Both the position numbers and the translations under genes were made by a program. Positions 30,426 to 40,938 of a stretch of 64,000 nt of DNA are shown piece by piece. The DNA comes from an uncultured Verrucomicrobiae bacterium (GTDB lineage Bacteria; Verrucomicrobiota; Verrucomicrobiia; Chthoniobacterales; JAFAMB01): NCBI GenBank assembly GCA_963762565.1, contig CAVXLD010000004.1, forward strand, positions 96,001 to 160,000, in the 5' to 3' direction. Each line of letters opens with the position of its first letter. Positions within the stretch are counted from its first letter, which is position 1. The notes beneath the pieces are model-generated. The model saw only the letters and a program-made list of their open reading frames with translations. It was not told the origin of the DNA and ran no database searches.

Positions 30426-31733
30426 TTACTGTTGCTGCTTCTGGAATTTTTCCAGCTCGTCCGTGAACTGTTTCATGGACTGATCGACGGGGGCCTGTCC
30501 ATTGACCGCCGGCACCAAGAAGTTGCTGATGGGAACAAATGTCGGTCCACCAACACCGAAAATTGGCAGCGTCGGCTCGAACGCCAGATCTTTGGCTGCC
30601 TGAGCACTATATTCGTTGTTGGGAACCATCTGCTTAAAAGCGTCACTCTCTTGTACCGGCAGATAGGCAGGGATATGACCGCCGCCAGCCCAATCCACTT
30701 GTTTAACCACGAAGGCGATAAACTTGAGCGCCGCTGCCACTTTTTCCGGAGTAGGCGGAGTTTTGTCGTTGTTGGGAATCGCCAACTGATGAGAATCGGC
30801 CCAGGTTTCTTGGTTATCGAACAGCTTAGGGAAAGCCACCACTCCGTAGTCGAAAGGCAACTTACCCGACTTTTTCAGGTCAACGAGGGTCGGCACCTCC
30901 CAGTTACCATTGATCATGAAATCGGACCGTGCGGCCGTAAAAAGAGCCACCATTGACGCGTAACCGACGTTTTTCGGAATCAGGCCTTCCTTGGACCAGT
31001 CCGCCATGATCTGTAACGACTTAATTCCCTGAACGTTCACATCGTCAAAGCTGAGTTTGCCGTTTTTAACGAAATCCCCGCCCTGCTGTACGAAGAAGGT
31101 GTACCAGATGCGCCAAAGAGAGGCTGGATCCTGAGAGAAAATATTGGCCGAAATTGGGATTAAATGAGTCTTGGTCTTAGCATCCGTTAACATCTTGGTA
31201 AACGCCGCGAGACTATCGAGACCGGTGGGTTTACCGTCAGCATCGAGCAAGCCTGCTTTACCTAGAGCGGTCTTATTGTAATACAGGACGAGGGTATGGA
31301 TATCCAGAGGGACGCCAAACAGTTGATCGGTTCCTCCATACGTCTTGCTAATTTCAAGAGATCTTTGAACCAACGAAGCCTGGAAATCAGAAGCTTTGAG
31401 ACCGGCTGCCGCTAGTTCTTCCGTGGTAAACGGCCGCAAATCTTTGGCCTGAATACCCGCCGGAAAATGCGACAGATGGTAGGTCATCACATCCGGGGTC
31501 TGGCCGGCAACCACACCGGTATGGACCTTGGTGTAGAATGGCTCGCCCCAAGTCAGAGTCGATTCATTGACATGAATGTCGCTCTGACTTTTGTTGAACG
31601 CTTCAACAATCTGTTTCATGCGGATGCCATCTCCGCCACCAAGGAAGTCCCAATAAGTCAGTTCCAACGGCGCTGCGGAAGCGAACGCCGAAAGGCAAAA
31701 AGCACCAGCAATAGCGGGAATAACTGTTTTCAT
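30426..31733 (-). CDS. Carbohydrate ABC transporter substrate-binding protein
   Basis: Signal peptide from MKTVIPA (31733); family-1 SBP motifs (PDV, LYYNK). Confidence 0.92.
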   Translation of the reverse strand: MKTVIPAIAGAFCLSAFASAAPLELTYWDFLGGGDGIRMKQIVEAFNKSQSDIHVNESTLTWGEPFYTKVHTGVVAGQTPDVMTYHLSHFPAGIQAKDLRPFTTEELAAAGLKASDFQASLVQRSLEISKTYGGTDQLFGVPLDIHTLVLYYNKTALGKAGLLDADGKPTGLDSLAAFTKMLTDAKTKTHLIPISANIFSQDPASLWRIWYTFFVQQGGDFVKNGKLSFDDVNVQGIKSLQIMADWSKEGLIPKNVGYASMVALFTAARSDFMINGNWEVPTLVDLKKSGKLPFDYGVVAFPKLFDNQETWADSHQLAIPNNDKTPPTPEKVAAALKFIAFVVKQVDWAGGGHIPAYLPVQESDAFKQMVPNNEYSAQAAKDLAFEPTLPIFGVGGPTFVPISNFLVPAVNGQAPVDQSMKQFTDELEKFQKQQQ

Positions 31734-31823
31734 GGAAGGGGAACGGGGGATTATTTCGATATAAAAAGAAAAAGGTCCGTCTTCAAGGGATGATTTGTAA
31801 AAGTCCACGCTTCAGCAGGTTTT

Positions 31824-33329
31824 TCAGTAGCTAAGGGTCAGTACATCCCAAGACAGCGCCGGCATTCGCAGCGTGAAGCTATCACCGCGCAACGAGAAAT
31901 CCTGATGGGCTTGGGGCACAACCGCGTCTGGAGCACTGGCGGTGTTCGTCTGTTGCAAATTGCTTCCAGTCACTCTTTGCCCGGCGGCTTTGCCGAAAGC
32001 GGGAAACCCTCGTAATAAGCCATCCACCTCAATCTCGGTATCCGGGTTCCGGTTCAAAATAAATAGGGTCACGGCCTGCTTGGCCGGATTAGAAACGGCG
32101 CTGACCACGAGCCCAGGCACTTCTCCCGCGGTTGTCGTATTCATCCTCGGCGCATCGATCTTGGCTTGAAGCACGCTGCCATGGGCCAGCTCCGCCACCA
32201 GCTTGAATGGATGGAAAATGGTTTGCCGCCAGGCCGGACCACCGGGCTCAGTTTTGATGGCGCCGATAACGTTCACAAGTTGAGCCAGACAGGCGCACTT
32301 TACCCGGTCTGCATTGTTTAAAAGGGTGATGAGAGCTCCCCCCACCATCAGCGCATCCATAAGGTCGTAAACCTCTTCCACTAATCGCGGCGCAGCCGGC
32401 CACCCGGGTTGCTGATGGTCCTCATCCGAACGCGCCTTGTACCAAACATTCCATTCGTCAAACGAAAGGCTCATTCGTTTCAGTGACCGCCGCTTAGCCG
32501 CTACTGCATCGCAAACCGCCGCTGCTTCTTTGATGAAGCGATCCATGATGTCGATATTCGCAAAAAACTCTGAACTATCCTTGTGCGGGTTCGCGAAATA
32601 CATGTGCAGCGATAAGAAGTCGACATGGTCAAAGGTGTGCTCCATCACCTCGTATTCCCAGGCGCCGAAAGTCGGCATCGCCCGGTGCGATGATCCGCAA
32701 GCCGCTAATTGGATAGACGAATCCACCCATTTCATGACCTTGGCAGCTTCCGTTGCTGCCCGTCCGTACTCGGTCGCGGTTTTCTGGCAGATCTGCCAAG
32801 GTCCATCCATTTCGTTTCCCAGACACCAAAACTTAACTCCGTGCGGCCAGTCATACCCGTGACTCTTGCGGAGGTCGCTAAGCCGGGTACCGCCTGGATG
32901 ATTGCAATATTCGAGCAGCTCGCGCGCTTCGTCCGGACCCCGAGTTCCTAAATTGACGCCCAGCATCGGTTCGATCCCGGCTAAGCGGCACCAGGTGATA
33001 AATTCGTTAGTACCAAACTGGTTGGATTCAGTGCTGGCCCAAGCCAGATCCAGCCGAGCCGGCCGAGATTCGACTGGGCCAACGCCATCTTCCCAATTGT
33101 AGCCGGAGAGAAAATTTCCTCCCGGATATCGCATGATGGTCGGTCCCAATTCCCGCACCAGTTCAAGCACGTCCGAGCGGAACCCGTGCTTGTCTGCGGT
33201 CGGATGACCCGGTTCAAAGATTCCTGTGTAGACACAACGCCCCAGGTGCTCGACAAAAGCCCCAAACAGGCGGCGATCGATTTCGGCAACGGTAAAATCG
33301 GAGTCAAGAATGATGCGAGCTTTATTCAT
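31824..33329 (-). CDS. abfA: Alpha-L-arabinofuranosidase, GH51
   Basis: FVEHLGR, RYPGGNF, WCLGNEMDG and FDEWNVW. Confidence 0.95.
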   Translation of the reverse strand: MNKARIILDSDFTVAEIDRRLFGAFVEHLGRCVYTGIFEPGHPTADKHGFRSDVLELVRELGPTIMRYPGGNFLSGYNWEDGVGPVESRPARLDLAWASTESNQFGTNEFITWCRLAGIEPMLGVNLGTRGPDEARELLEYCNHPGGTRLSDLRKSHGYDWPHGVKFWCLGNEMDGPWQICQKTATEYGRAATEAAKVMKWVDSSIQLAACGSSHRAMPTFGAWEYEVMEHTFDHVDFLSLHMYFANPHKDSSEFFANIDIMDRFIKEAAAVCDAVAAKRRSLKRMSLSFDEWNVWYKARSDEDHQQPGWPAAPRLVEEVYDLMDALMVGGALITLLNNADRVKCACLAQLVNVIGAIKTEPGGPAWRQTIFHPFKLVAELAHGSVLQAKIDAPRMNTTTAGEVPGLVVSAVSNPAKQAVTLFILNRNPDTEIEVDGLLRGFPAFGKAAGQRVTGSNLQQTNTASAPDAVVPQAHQDFSLRGDSFTLRMPALSWDVLTLSY

Positions 33330-33449
33330 GATGGATTGTTCAGGGGTTGATAGGGAGGGCCGCTATGCGGCAATAACAAATAGCAGATAGCAGATAGCAA
33401 AAGGAAGGTCCCGGGGAATTGTCGTCATCCGTGGTGAACGGCCCCCGGA

Positions 33450-33615
33450 AATCGTCCTCGTTCTCGTCGTCGTCCTCGTCCTCGACAGTTCACCCAGGGC
33501 GTGCCGCTTACCAGCGCGATGACCGATCCAGCGCAAAGGCATCGACAGTCGTTCGGCACCGCTGGACCACGGCAATGCGCATCGAATCGAGGACGAGGAC
33601 GACGACGAGGACGAA
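33450..33615. repeat. Element bounded by inverted tcgtcctcg/cgaggacga repeats
   Basis: tcgtcctcgttctcgtcgtcgtcctcg ... gaggacgaggacgacgacgaggacga; family also at ~1038, ~42783 and ~48256-48400. Confidence 0.75.
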
Positions 33616-33644
33616 TACGATTCCCGCGGCTTCGCGATGACCCG

Positions 33645-34427
33645 CTACTTCTGCCCTAGGAGCTCCGGGCGGTATTCGAAATGCATTGTATCGTAGTGAT
33701 ACCATTTGCCGCCCCAGACAAATCCGTGCCGTTCAAAAATCTCGACGATGGAATGGGGTATCCGATTTCGATAGACTATTTTGCCGTCACCGCTGGGTTT
33801 GGCCCAACGCCAGTAATCCGAGTATTGGCTGTTAATATCGATCGCGATACCGAACGAGTGAGCGCTCAGCTGATCGCTTCCGGCAATCGGTCGCCAGTTA
33901 TAGGTTCCCGAGGTGGTGGTAACGTACTTTTTCTGTTCTTCCGGGAGCTGATCCAGTTCGGCTGATACCGCTGCTAACGCTCGATCCACGCCGTTGATCG
34001 AGGTGATCCGGACCTTGGCATGAGTCGACTGCGGCATCCAAGGAATGGTCACCAAATGGGCTTCGACCTCGCTGGGGCTGCTTCCATACATCGCCCGAAA
34101 GAAGGCGGCACACCGAAAGCGGCCGGGATCATAATTGTATGCTGGCGCCTGGTAGGAATCAGGGCCCATTGGGTACGTTTGTGCGAGTTCGTTTAATGGA
34201 GTGGCCTGGGCCAAGAGCTCGTCGAAACCCTTCTTTTTGCCGTCATCGAACTCTACTTTTGCACCGTTCTGGAACAAAAGTTGGTTATTGCTGAACCCGG
34301 TCAGGGTGGTAGGGTAACAGCGCAGAAAAAGGGCAGCCGCGGCCGGTACGGCTTCGGTCTGCGCAAAAGCCAAGCGCCCGGCCAGAATCAGTGACCAGAT
34401 CGTCAGACTGATTGCTCGCATGACCAA
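33645..34427 (-). CDS. M15 family metallopeptidase (D-Ala-D-Ala carboxypeptidase-like)
   Basis: R...SAHSFGIAIDIN and WGGKWYHYDTMHFEY; signal peptide. Confidence 0.92.
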   Translation of the reverse strand: MVMRAISLTIWSLILAGRLAFAQTEAVPAAAALFLRCYPTTLTGFSNNQLLFQNGAKVEFDDGKKKGFDELLAQATPLNELAQTYPMGPDSYQAPAYNYDPGRFRCAAFFRAMYGSSPSEVEAHLVTIPWMPQSTHAKVRITSINGVDRALAAVSAELDQLPEEQKKYVTTTSGTYNWRPIAGSDQLSAHSFGIAIDINSQYSDYWRWAKPSGDGKIVYRNRIPHSIVEIFERHGFVWGGKWYHYDTMHFEYRPELLGQK

Positions 34428-34428
34428 A

Positions 34429-34839
34429 TCAGTCCGAAACTACGGTGACGTTTAGAAAGTTCCGGTAGACGTCGACCCGGATAACAGGGGTCCCGTTCAC
34501 CACGCGCCGGATCGCCATCGGATCACTTCGTCCGCGTTCAAGCATGCTCTCGAGCAGAGCGCGATTTTCTTTGCTTTGGAAAAATGAATCGGCTTCGTCT
34601 TCGGGATCGCGTATTCCGTAGACGTAAAAATTCGCTCGATCTTGCCGAATGATGGCGGCCGCCGAAGTCAGCCTTTGCCCGTTACTGTTGAAGTGATCCC
34701 TCGCGCTAAGCCGGGCGACGTAGCTCTCGATCGGGCCGTCAATGTCGCTCTGAGCAGGTGCCGGGGCCGCCAGAAGAAAAAGAAAGAGCAGCGAAAACAG
34801 AAGCGTTTTTATCGCGGCCCGATTAGTGCAAATAACCAT
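34429..34839 (-). CDS. Secreted conserved hypothetical protein
   Basis: Signal peptide; YVARLSARDHFNSNGQRL...IIRQDRAN; operonic with the M15 peptidase. Confidence 0.75.
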   Translation of the reverse strand: MVICTNRAAIKTLLFSLLFLFLLAAPAPAQSDIDGPIESYVARLSARDHFNSNGQRLTSAAAIIRQDRANFYVYGIRDPEDEADSFFQSKENRALLESMLERGRSDPMAIRRVVNGTPVIRVDVYRNFLNVTVVSD

Positions 34840-35056
34840 CTCTGCTGTTAGACGACACGGTTAAGCACTCTTGCGTGAAAACTAAAACCAAGAGGCGCTA
34901 TCCCTTCTCGCTCCCGGATTCAGACACGATCACGCTACAGACCAGCGGCTCGGCACGACTATCGGCCTAATGTTACACTTCGACATCGAAACACATTAAA
35001 CCCTGGTAAATTCCTAGATCGTTCGGGAGCCTCGCACTACCATTCCTACTCTGATA

Positions 35057-36229
35057 ATGAGCGACTTTTTCCAGCATGGTTTGATCAGCACGCTTCACCG
35101 GCTCAACCCAGCGGAGACGGTCGAAAGTGAAGGTCTAAACGAAACCGGCCTTGGATTGCTGTTGCCCTGTCATCTTCGGGATATCGGCAGCAAAGCACTC
35201 GCCGATATGATCCAGACGCTCAACCGGCTCACCTGCTTCGAACACGTCATCGTTTCGGTTAATGGAGCTGGGAACTCGAGGCTCTCCGAGACGTCGGATG
35301 TGGGCGAGGCGCTTCAGTTCTGGACTCAACTTCGGACTCCGCACACTGTCCTGGGGAACGATTCACCAGCCTTCGTTTCCTGGCTGCGAGACCGCAATCT
35401 ACCGGCGGTTCCTGGAAAGGGATTAAATCTCTGGACCGGCCTCGGCTTTGCCTTGTGCCACACTGAATTGCAGGCATTGATCATCCACGACTGCGATATC
35501 CAAAATTATACGGCTTCCTTGCCGGTTTCTCTGGCGATACCCGTGGCTAGGCTGGAGTACCAGTTCTGCAAGGGTTTTTATAGCCGGGTACAAGAGCAGC
35601 TTTACGGGCGGGCGACCCGGCTTTTCATGATCCCACTGGTGCGCGCTTTAGGCCGCACCCTTGGTCACGTCCCGCTACTCGACTTTATCGATTCGTTTCG
35701 TTACCCGCTTGCGGGTGAGTGCGCGCTTTCCACCGGGGTGGCGGCCAGTTTATCGGTGGAAAACGGTTGGGGCGTGGAAATCGGCTGGCTCTGCGAAGCT
35801 TACCGGTTAATCGATCCGGAAGAGATCTGCCAGGTGGATCTGGCAATGCGCTACCATCACCGGCATCAAAGCATTGATCCAGGGCGGCCAGCCGAGGGTC
35901 TCCTCGGAATGGTCGCCGATATCGCTCTTTCCCTTTTCACCCATCTGGAAAAAGAAGGCTGCCGCCTCGACTCGTCGATCTTGGAGGAGGTTGTGTCGGG
36001 GTACGAACAGACCGCGAACGATATGATCCGCCGGTATCGAGATGTCGCCGAGTTCAACAAGCTGCCTTTCGCACGAGATGAAGAACGCCAAACGGCGCGG
36101 TTGTTCCAGGAAAGGCTTCGATTTGTGGCCGATGAATTCAGCAGCGGCGCCCGGATGCGGAGTTTGCCCCCCTGGGATCAATTCTTGCGCGAAGCGAGTT
36201 ATCCGGTGGACGAGATCGTTTTGCGGTAG
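35057..36229 (+). CDS. Glucosyl-3-phosphoglycerate synthase-like glycosyltransferase
   Basis: GKG..W, HDCDI, FCKGFYSR, FRYPLAGE, WGVEIG and HRHQ motifs. Confidence 0.82.
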   Translation: MSDFFQHGLISTLHRLNPAETVESEGLNETGLGLLLPCHLRDIGSKALADMIQTLNRLTCFEHVIVSVNGAGNSRLSETSDVGEALQFWTQLRTPHTVLGNDSPAFVSWLRDRNLPAVPGKGLNLWTGLGFALCHTELQALIIHDCDIQNYTASLPVSLAIPVARLEYQFCKGFYSRVQEQLYGRATRLFMIPLVRALGRTLGHVPLLDFIDSFRYPLAGECALSTGVAASLSVENGWGVEIGWLCEAYRLIDPEEICQVDLAMRYHHRHQSIDPGRPAEGLLGMVADIALSLFTHLEKEGCRLDSSILEEVVSGYEQTANDMIRRYRDVAEFNKLPFARDEERQTARLFQERLRFVADEFSSGARMRSLPPWDQFLREASYPVDEIVLR

Positions 36230-36462
36230 GGCGAGGCTCCCAAAAGACCGAGTTCGTTACCAGGGTCCAGTGCGCATCGCTGCTCGTGCGCGTCGCTGGG
36301 TCGAGAGGTCCGCCGAGCCGCGGTCTGCAGTGTGATCGCGGCCCAAGAAGTGGCACATCAGGGGTAGCGGCTCGGCACGCCTATCGGCCAAGCATCACCT
36401 ACAGTAACGGACCATTCCGAACCCTGGCGATGCGCGGGTAGTGCGGGAGCCTCGCCCTACCA
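36225..36462. repeat. REPIN-like element (GTAG family)
   Basis: ggtagggcgaggctccc at 36225 and gggagcctcgccctacc at 36445; supplies the TAG stop of the upstream gene. Confidence 0.85.
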
Positions 36463-36510
36463 TTGATTTCGCGTTTGAGAGCAGCCCCAATCTGCCGTAC
36501 AGAACCAGAC

Positions 36511-37386
36511 ATGTTCACTGGCACTTACACCGCCATCGTTACTCCGTTTAAGAATGGTGCAATCGACGAGGGCGCATTTCGAAAACTGATCGATTTTCAG
36601 ATCCAAAATGGGGTCGACGGTATTGTGCCGGTTGGGTCTACCGGTGAGGCAGCGACCTTAGGTCACGATGAACATTTACAGGTGATCAAGATCGCCGTGG
36701 AACAGGCGGCGAAACGTTGCAAAATCGTTGCCGGCACTGGCTCAAATTCGACCAGGGAAGCGATCGATCTATCGGTAGGTGCGGCGGCGCTTGGCGTCGA
36801 TGGGATCTTGTTAGCCAGCCCTTATTACAATAAACCGACCCAGGAAGGGATGTACCGGCATTTCAAGGCCATCAGCGAGCAAGCCAAGGTACCCGTGATG
36901 CTATATAACGTGCCGAGCCGCACTGCCAGCGAGATTGCGGTCGAAACCTGCGTTCGCCTCGTGCGCGAATGCCCGAATATCGTGTCGATTAAAGAAGCCG
37001 GAGGCAGTTGCGATCGGGTTGCGCTGCTCCGGAACGCTCTTCCACCCAGCTTCACTATTCTTTCCGGAGACGACCCGTTAACCATCCCGTTCATGGCGTC
37101 AGGAGCCGTTGGCGTAGTCAGTGTCGCCTCTAACATTATCCCGAAGCAGATCGCCGACATGGTGAACGCGTTTTCAGCCGGCAGGGTGCAAGAAGCTCGA
37201 GATCTTCACCTCCGTTGGTACCCGATATTCAAGGACCTTTTCATCGAATCCAATCCGATCCCGGTGAAAGCGGCGCTTCATCTCATGGGAATGATTGAAG
37301 AGGAGTACCGCTTGCCGCTTTGTGAGATGAACGAAACAAATCTCGTTCGCCTCAAGAAGACACTGACCGCCAGCAAGCTGATATGA
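36511..37386 (+). CDS. dapA: 4-hydroxy-tetrahydrodipicolinate synthase
   Basis: GSTGE, PYYNKP, LYNVPSRT, SIKEA and NPIPVK. Confidence 0.97.
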   Translation: MFTGTYTAIVTPFKNGAIDEGAFRKLIDFQIQNGVDGIVPVGSTGEAATLGHDEHLQVIKIAVEQAAKRCKIVAGTGSNSTREAIDLSVGAAALGVDGILLASPYYNKPTQEGMYRHFKAISEQAKVPVMLYNVPSRTASEIAVETCVRLVRECPNIVSIKEAGGSCDRVALLRNALPPSFTILSGDDPLTIPFMASGAVGVVSVASNIIPKQIADMVNAFSAGRVQEARDLHLRWYPIFKDLFIESNPIPVKAALHLMGMIEEEYRLPLCEMNETNLVRLKKTLTASKLI

Positions 37387-38243
37387 GTCAGCCGGCTGTG
37401 GAGCGCGCCTCGCTTGCGAGGCCGACGGGGTCGCCACCCCCGGAGGGTTCGCCAATTGTGGAGCGCGCCTCGCTTGCGAGGCCGAAGGGGTCGCCACCCC
37501 CGGCGTTCAGGCTTCTTGTTAATGGGGCCTTGGGACGGCTCGGAAAGATTATCGTTGAGATAGCCGAAGGTCAGCCCGATTTAGCTGTCAAAGGGGCGAC
37601 TCGAGAAGATCCAGTCGACAAGTTGATCATGTCGGCTGACGTCGTGATCGACGTAACCTCGCCGGCCGCCACGATTGCCGTTGCCAGGCTTTGCTCCGAA
37701 AATCAGACCCCCTTGGTCGTTGGCACCACAGGGCACACTCAAGAACAAATCGAAGCTCTTCATCTTGTGTCGCAGAGATGTCCTGTGCTTCTTGCTCCGA
37801 ACTTCAGCCTGGGAGTAAATCTCCTCTTCTGGATGGCTGAGACTGCGGCAGCCAAGCTAGGCCAAGATTTTGACGTGGAAATCGTTGAGTCACATCACCG
37901 GCTAAAGAAAGATGCTCCCAGCGGCACGGCTAAAAGACTGGCGGAACTGATCGCCGCAGCCCGCCATTTGAGCTATGAGAAAAACACCCGGCACGGCCGT
38001 GAAGGTTTAGTGGGCCAGCGGCCGGTTGACGAGATCGGGATCCATGCCGTTCGCGGCGGCGATATCATCGGTGAACATACTGTGTTATTTGCCGGCCTCG
38101 GTGAACGCTTCGAGTTGACCCACAAGGCTTCGAGCCGCGAAACGTTTGCTCGCGGAGCAATCCAAGCGGCCAGGTGGATCGCCGGCCGTAGTCCGGGGCT
38201 GTATGAGATGCGGGATGTGCTTGGTTTAGGAGCTAGGAGTTAG
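37383..38243 (+). CDS. dapB: 4-hydroxy-tetrahydrodipicolinate reductase with repeat-derived N-terminal insertion
   Basis: GALGRLG, VGTTG and ESHHRLKKDAPSGTA; ATGA overlap with dapA. Confidence 0.96.
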   Translation: MSQPAVERASLARPTGSPPPEGSPIVERASLARPKGSPPPAFRLLVNGALGRLGKIIVEIAEGQPDLAVKGATREDPVDKLIMSADVVIDVTSPAATIAVARLCSENQTPLVVGTTGHTQEQIEALHLVSQRCPVLLAPNFSLGVNLLFWMAETAAAKLGQDFDVEIVESHHRLKKDAPSGTAKRLAELIAAARHLSYEKNTRHGREGLVGQRPVDEIGIHAVRGGDIIGEHTVLFAGLGERFELTHKASSRETFARGAIQAARWIAGRSPGLYEMRDVLGLGARS

Positions 38244-38577
38244 AATCTAGGAGCTAGGAGGAGACTTATGGGCTGTCGACACATTGGTGGGGCGAGGCTC
38301 CCGAGAGACCGAACATCATTACCAGGGTTTAGGGCGATTCGCTGCTTTTACATACGGAAGGGCCCAAACGCGAGCCGAGCCGTTATGCGTGCCACCGTTC
38401 TGGGGCGACTACGTTACAGACCTCCGGCTCGGCACTTCAATCGACCTCATACTCCTCAAGGGCGTCGACGCACTTTGGACCCTATTGCTATTCTGGGTCT
38501 TTCGGGAGCCTCGCCCCACCAAAATGGGCTCGCCCCGACACGCCCTCCTAGCTCCTAGATTCTAGCTCCTAGCTCCT
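38228..38577. repeat. REPIN-like element (GTGG variant) flanked by inverted ctaggag heptamers
   Basis: ttggtggggcgaggctcccg at 38284 and gggagcctcgccccaccaaaa at 38504. Confidence 0.85.
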
Positions 38578-38584
38578 TTCCCCC

Positions 38585-39091
38585 ATGCGTTCCGGAATTG
38601 CCCTAGGTTCCAATGTCGGCGATCGATTGGCTAATCTCAGGGCAGCCTATCGCAACGTTGCCAATCTCAGCTCGGATCCGGCTGCCGTCCGGTGCTCTTC
38701 AATTTATGAAACCAGTCCGGTGGACAGTCCTCCTGGCGTTTCTTCTTATCTCAACGCCGTAATGGAGATTGAATACGACAGACCCGCGATCGCTCTGTTG
38801 GATTCACTATTGCAAATCGAGCGGGCCCTTGGCCGGCCTTCGAAACGTCCCCGCAACGCTCCTCGTTCTATCGATCTGGACCTGCTTTACGTCGGCAATT
38901 CGACGCTGAACAGTCCTGAAATCATCATCCCGCATCCACGAATCACGCAGAGGCGATTTGTGCTGGAGCCGCTGGCTGAAGTTGTCCCCGACTTAGTATT
39001 GCCCGGGCAAGCCCATTCGATCCGCCATTTACTGATGGGTTTGAAAACTGAGGAAGAAGTGACGAAGGTTCCCCAGGAACTCTGTACATGA
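38585..39091 (+). CDS. folK: 2-amino-4-hydroxy-6-hydroxymethyldihydropteridine diphosphokinase
   Basis: IALGSNVGDR, PRSIDLDLL and IPHPR..RRFVL. Confidence 0.96.
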   Translation: MRSGIALGSNVGDRLANLRAAYRNVANLSSDPAAVRCSSIYETSPVDSPPGVSSYLNAVMEIEYDRPAIALLDSLLQIERALGRPSKRPRNAPRSIDLDLLYVGNSTLNSPEIIIPHPRITQRRFVLEPLAEVVPDLVLPGQAHSIRHLLMGLKTEEEVTKVPQELCT

Positions 39092-39852
39092 ATCGCATTA
39101 CTCCTGACATCGTCCGGAAAGCGAAAAGCCAAGGGATTACTGCATTAACCGCTTACGACTATCCGACTGCTCGTCTCCTTGATGAAGCCGGGATAGAAGT
39201 GCTGCTGGTTGGGGATTCCATGGGCATGGTTGTGTTAGGTCGACCAGACACAACTGAGGTTCGACTCGAAGACATTTTGCACCATTTGCGGGCGGTCTCC
39301 CGCGGCGTCCAGCGCGCACTCCTAGTGGCCGACTTGCCAATCGATACGTATCGCGATTCCGCTGAAGCTGTCGCCAATGCGAAAACGCTCATTTCTGCTG
39401 GTGCTAACGCAGTGAAATTAGAGGGCGGCGCAAAACGGGTGGAACAGATCAAGGCGATAGCCGGTGCGGGCGTGCCGGTGATGGCGCACATCGGGATGTT
39501 GCCGCAGCATATCCGCGAAGAAGGCGGTTATAAAATCAAAGGTAAAACACCGGTTGAGAGCCAACTACTCCTGGAGGATGCAAAAGCTGTCGAGGACGCC
39601 GGCGCCTTCGCGGTCGTTTTAGAGTTAGTGACGCCCAGGGTTGCCAACGAGATCACCCACTCGATTAAGATACCAACCATCGGCATTGGATCAGGCAAAG
39701 ATTGTGACGGCCAAATCTTAGTGTTCCACGATCTGGTTGGTTATTCTCCGTGGTTCATCCCTAAGCATGTCCACCCCGAAGCCATGGTAGGAGAAGCGAT
39801 CAGTAAGGCGGCGGCAGCCTATATCGCGAGGGTCAAAGGCGGGCTCGCCTGA
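39088..39852 (+). CDS. panB: 3-methyl-2-oxobutanoate hydroxymethyltransferase
   Basis: LTAYDY, LVGDS, VKLEGG and PTIGIGSG..CDGQILV. Confidence 0.97.
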   Translation: MNRITPDIVRKAKSQGITALTAYDYPTARLLDEAGIEVLLVGDSMGMVVLGRPDTTEVRLEDILHHLRAVSRGVQRALLVADLPIDTYRDSAEAVANAKTLISAGANAVKLEGGAKRVEQIKAIAGAGVPVMAHIGMLPQHIREEGGYKIKGKTPVESQLLLEDAKAVEDAGAFAVVLELVTPRVANEITHSIKIPTIGIGSGKDCDGQILVFHDLVGYSPWFIPKHVHPEAMVGEAISKAAAAYIARVKGGLA

Positions 39853-39867
39853 GGCTCGCCCGCATGA

Positions 39868-39960
39868 CCGATAGCCGATAGCCAATAGCCAACCATCGTC
39901 GCTGGTTGATCAACGCTGCTCGTATATCGGGTTGGCTATTGGCTATTGGCTATTGGCTAT
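39868..39960. repeat. Inverted heptamer arrays between convergent panB and accA (possible bidirectional terminator)
   Basis: gatagccgatagccaatagccaacc faces ggttggctattggctattggctattggctat. Confidence 0.7.
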
Positions 39961-39984
39961 ACGGACGAGCCTCAGGCGAGGCCG

Positions 39985-40938
39985 TCAGCTTTCCAGCACC
40001 TGGCCCATCGCTCTGAACTTCTGATAGCGTTCCTCGAGCAAGAGTTTCTTTGACTTCTTGCTGAGTTCGTCCAGCTGCCGGAGCACGGCGGTCTTGAAGT
40101 TATCGGCTGCTTTTTCGTGGTCTTTATGAGCGCCGCCAAGCGGTTCCTCAATCACTTCATCGATAACGTTGAACTCTTTCAGGTCCCGGGCCGTCAGTTT
40201 GAGTGCTTCCGCCGCTTCCGGTGCATGACTCCGATGCCTCCAAAGGATCGCTGCGCACCCTTCCGGGCTGATAACCGAGTAATAGGCGTTCTCCAGCATC
40301 AACACTCTGTCGGCAACCCCGATCCCTAATGCGCCGCCTGACCCCCCCTCGCCAATAACCACCGCAACGATCGGGACCGGTAACAACATCATTTCCCGTA
40401 AGTTCACCGCAATCGATTCTGAGATATGCCGTTCCTCTGCGCCGACGCCCGGATAAGCGCCGGGCGTATCAATCAGAGCAACGATCGGCAGACCGAATTT
40501 GGCGGCCAAGCGCATGACGCGAAGCGCTTTGCGGTATCCTTCAGGATGGGCGCTCCCGAAATTGCGGCGGATATTTTCTTTTGTACCCCGACCTTTTTGA
40601 TGGCTCACAACCACACATCGGTAACTACCCAAACACGCCAGACCGCAAGGCATTGCCTGGTCGTCGCCAAACAGCCGGTCTCCATGCAACTCCGTAAAAT
40701 CGGTGAAAGCCAGATTCAAGTAATCCAAGGCAAACGGACGCTGGTCCAACCTTGCCACCTGCACTCGCTCCCAGGCTTTCAGATTTTCATAGATCTGCTT
40801 ACGGGTGGCCTCAATCTTGTGCTCCATCCCGGCGATCTCGTTCGCGAGGTCGACGCCCTGCAACTTCGAGTGTTTCTTGAGCTCCTCCAGCTGCCTCTCC
40901 AGGTCGACGATCGGTTTCTCAAATTCTAAAGGTTTCAT
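39985..40938 (-). CDS. accA: Acetyl-CoA carboxylase carboxyltransferase alpha
   Basis: PEGYRKALR, IDTPGAYPG, GEGGSGGAL and YSVISPEGCA. Confidence 0.97.
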   Translation of the reverse strand: MKPLEFEKPIVDLERQLEELKKHSKLQGVDLANEIAGMEHKIEATRKQIYENLKAWERVQVARLDQRPFALDYLNLAFTDFTELHGDRLFGDDQAMPCGLACLGSYRCVVVSHQKGRGTKENIRRNFGSAHPEGYRKALRVMRLAAKFGLPIVALIDTPGAYPGVGAEERHISESIAVNLREMMLLPVPIVAVVIGEGGSGGALGIGVADRVLMLENAYYSVISPEGCAAILWRHRSHAPEAAEALKLTARDLKEFNVIDEVIEEPLGGAHKDHEKAADNFKTAVLRQLDELSKKSKKLLLEERYQKFRAMGQVLES

